Below are positions 61,404 through 64,000 of a stretch of DNA of 64,000 bases, piece by piece. The translations under genes and the position numbers were made by a program. The stretch comes from Octopus sinensis. Taxonomy: Eukaryota. Numbering within the stretch: the first letter of the stretch is position 1; every line of letters starts with the position of its first letter. The DNA lies in contig NW_021833647.1 in NCBI RefSeq assembly GCF_006345805.1, forward strand, positions 10,932 through 74,931, in the 5' to 3' direction. A model generated the notes under the pieces. That model was given only the letters and a program-made list of their open reading frames with translations. It ran no database searches and was not told the DNA's origin.

Positions 61404-62487
61404 CAGTGAATACTCTCAAATTCGCCATTTTTGGTTCCGTCATTTTGCGCGCGGCGAATTTGAGAAATGGCGAATTTCAGAATATAATCAATAATTTTTG
61501 GATGTGAGTAGAAAGTTAATAATTCGAAAACAGCCAAATTGACGTAATTGAAAAAATTAATTTTATTTTAACAAAAAAATTATGTTTTTTATCAAAGTAT
61601 ATTCCAGTCCTGTTTGTGTCTCTTTGTATTTTGATTTTTTTTCCTCAAATCTTCGAATTGAAGTAACTATACCATTTTCAAGTCAATTTGACAATTACAA
61701 ACTTCAAATGTCATCTGCAAAGATGGTATAGACGCACATCTTCGTTTTCGACAATTTCGATAGTGACTTCTCAATTTCTTTTAATTTACACCAATCTCAT
61801 TTTCTAGTGAGATGAAATTTATCTGCAGATTGTTCTTCAGGATCTTCATTATCGAAATTACTTTCTTCGATAATTGCATTTTTTTCTAAATTATTTATAG
61901 AATGAATTTGTCAATTTGATAGAATTATAAATATCTGTTTTAATTATCAATTCATCAATTAAATTTTTATCTGTAGACGTTCATCAAAATCTATTATTTT
62001 CAGTTTTTGAAGTTATTATTCAATAGTGTTTCGAGCATACGTCTTCCCAAGCCATTTTTATAAAAAAAGCAGTGTCCTTAAGATTTAAATGTTTATAGGA
62101 TCATAAACCGAAACGTTGTCAGTTTCCAAAATTATAGTGAGATAAAATAATTGGTGCCTATTAAAGTGCACTTTAAATGTTTTGATAATTCCCAAGTCCA
62201 TGGTTGAATTATTCTTATTGCATTTTTAGGAAAGAACATAATTTTATCTGCCCATGCAATTTTCTCAGACGGAATTCATGTCTTTTTCAAACTTGAACAA
62301 GACTTTTTTAAAAAGTATTATTTATCCATATTTTTGTATTTTTTATTTAAAATTTTAAAAAATTGTGGCGAATTTCAGAATTGGCGAATTTCCATTGAAA
62401 ACTAGAATTTTTTTTAAAAAAAGGAATCTAAAATGGCGAATTTAAGATTGGCGAATTTAAGATTGGCGAATTTGGGGGTATTCACTG
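61404..62487 (-). mobile_element. Internally deleted pogo/Tigger element
   Basis: TIRs CAGTGAATAC(T/C)C(T/C)CAAATTCGCCA with TA TSDs; TGGCGAATTT subterminal repeats; minus-strand FLPKN..QPWDLGII remnant. Confidence 0.88.
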
Positions 62488-62574
62488 TATGTTGATGCTA
62501 ACTTATTTAATTTGTTAATGTACAGGAATTCTCATATAATTCATGTATAATCTACTATTCAAGAGAATTAATTA

Positions 62575-63775
62575 ATTTATTTATTTATTAACTCCAAGAT
62601 CACCGAGAAAGATAGGTCAGAACTAACTAATTAGGTGATCCCTGCCTCCAACAACAGCCGTACTCTTCTTACATGATCTTCTGATGACCCGACCGTAATC
62701 CGGAAAAGCCTTCTCTTCTTTGCAGAGGAACTCAATTGGCAGTGCATTTCTTTATAACCGACCGAAAATTATCTGCATGTGCCACCTTTTCCTTGAGTGG
62801 GTTTCCCAGTTCCTTGCAGAAAGGAAGAAACGTAGGAAACCCTGTCCATTCCTCTGCGTCGCCTCCTCGGAAGCAGGCTGCAAATGGGGTGTCAGTGTGG
62901 AGCATAATCTTTCCTTCTGAGTGAGTTCAAACGTTCCGCTTTCGAACAAGCAATTGCAAACCTCCAGGCTGAGCAGGCATACTCAACCGTCGGGGCAATC
63001 ACTTGTTAGTAGACTTTGCTGACACAATCTTTCAGGGGGAAGGGACTCTTCTTTAACAGAGCTTTCAAGACGTTCCACTTCCGAAGACCTTTAGCTAGGG
63101 CCTCCTCCACGTGACTTGAGAACGTCATTAAGGAGTCGAAAACCACGCCAAGGATCTTCTGGGTACGCGAAGAGGGAATAGGTTTGTCTCCAATGAATAT
63201 TTCCGTTGGAATCAAATATCTTCCGCGTTAGGAGTTTCCTCGGGACAGAATCAAACGCCTTTTGTATATCAATGGATACTAAGACCGTCCGTAGGTGTGT
63301 TCCCATGTTGAAACCGTCAGTAATAAACTGGGAGACAGAACACAAGTGGGTTGTTGTGGAACGGTCTGGTCTGAAACCGTGCTGGAATTCTGGCAGTTGT
63401 AGAACAGGAGAGATTCGCGTTAATACAAGCTTTTCCAGTACTTTCGATAAGATACAAGTTATTGAGATTGGCGGTATGAAGAGGGGGCATCCTTTGGTTT
63501 CCCAGGCTTTAGAATTGGCGTAATTAGGGAGTTTTTCCATATATTAGGTATCGTACGTAAGTTGATGGAGTCGTTATATAGTCTTGATAGTACGGTCCGT
63601 CCCGGGGTCCCAGGTGGTTTGAGGTGAATAGCACAAATCCGTCGGGGCCACAAAGCACGGGTGGGACGTAGGGATTTAATAGCCTTGTCAACATCATCCG
63701 GTGTGAGGTGTGAAGAAGGTGGAATACGGTTCGGTCGTGATCCAGAGAATTAATCTGTCCGGTTGACATAGAATT
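62575..63775 (-). mobile_element. Jockey/I-like non-LTR retrotransposon fragment with internal deletion
   Basis: QHGFRPDRST, IDIQKAFDSV, KILGVVFD; AT-rich (TAAA)n-like 3' end near 62580; the RT core (QG/YADD) is missing. Confidence 0.85.
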
Positions 63776-64000
63776 TGTTGCCTCTAAGAAATAACTCGCT
63801 TCCTTTAGATTCTTTTAAAAGAAATTATATATTTATTAAGGAAAAAGTTAAAAAGTGGAGATCGCGACGTTAAAAAAATATGAATTTGTATCTAAGGAGT
63901 AGTTAGTTAGTGCCCGACATGTCTGACATGCAGGAAGTCGGCGGCTATCAAACGACGCACAGCCTGGGCCGGTTGTTCTCAGAGATCCTGACGCGCTGTG

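Noticed and set aside
1-64000. tRNA/rRNA genes or prokaryotic operons
   Set aside because: None were recognisable by eye; a covariance-model scan would be needed to exclude small RNAs.

Overview
AT-rich eukaryotic (animal) genomic DNA, not prokaryotic. Host genes are split by extremely short (about 21-33 nt) GT-AG introns. This pattern is known from dicyemid mesozoans, but that assignment is an inference. Recognisable host genes: a LIM-homeobox gene (Lhx1/5 type), an OSTF1-like SH3-ankyrin gene, a ZC2HC1A-like gene and a roughly 9.7 kb USP34-like deubiquitinase. There are also two damaged gene copies (an innexin and the RNA polymerase I second-largest subunit) and two possible orphan genes. 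Most of the first 45 kb is a dense, nested mosaic of transposons: CRE-clade, RTE-like, Jockey/I-like and R4-like non-LTR retrotransposons, pogo/Tigger, Tc1/IS630, several hAT families, a Ginger-type integrase element and a Helitron. The most notable signals are: (1) three unrelated DNA-transposon ORFs carry host-sized 22-27 nt introns that must be spliced to restore the frame; (2) the innexin copy lies between inverted repeats and its second transmembrane region is replaced by a 58-bp retroelement 3' end; (3) a short ORF begins with the exact histone H3 N-terminus; (4) a near-intact CRE element has an N-terminal PHD-like finger; (5) there is a palindromic excision footprint. Many single-base frameshifts fall in homopolymers and may be sequencing errors. 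All alignments were done by eye, and boundaries without a TIR or TSD are approximate.
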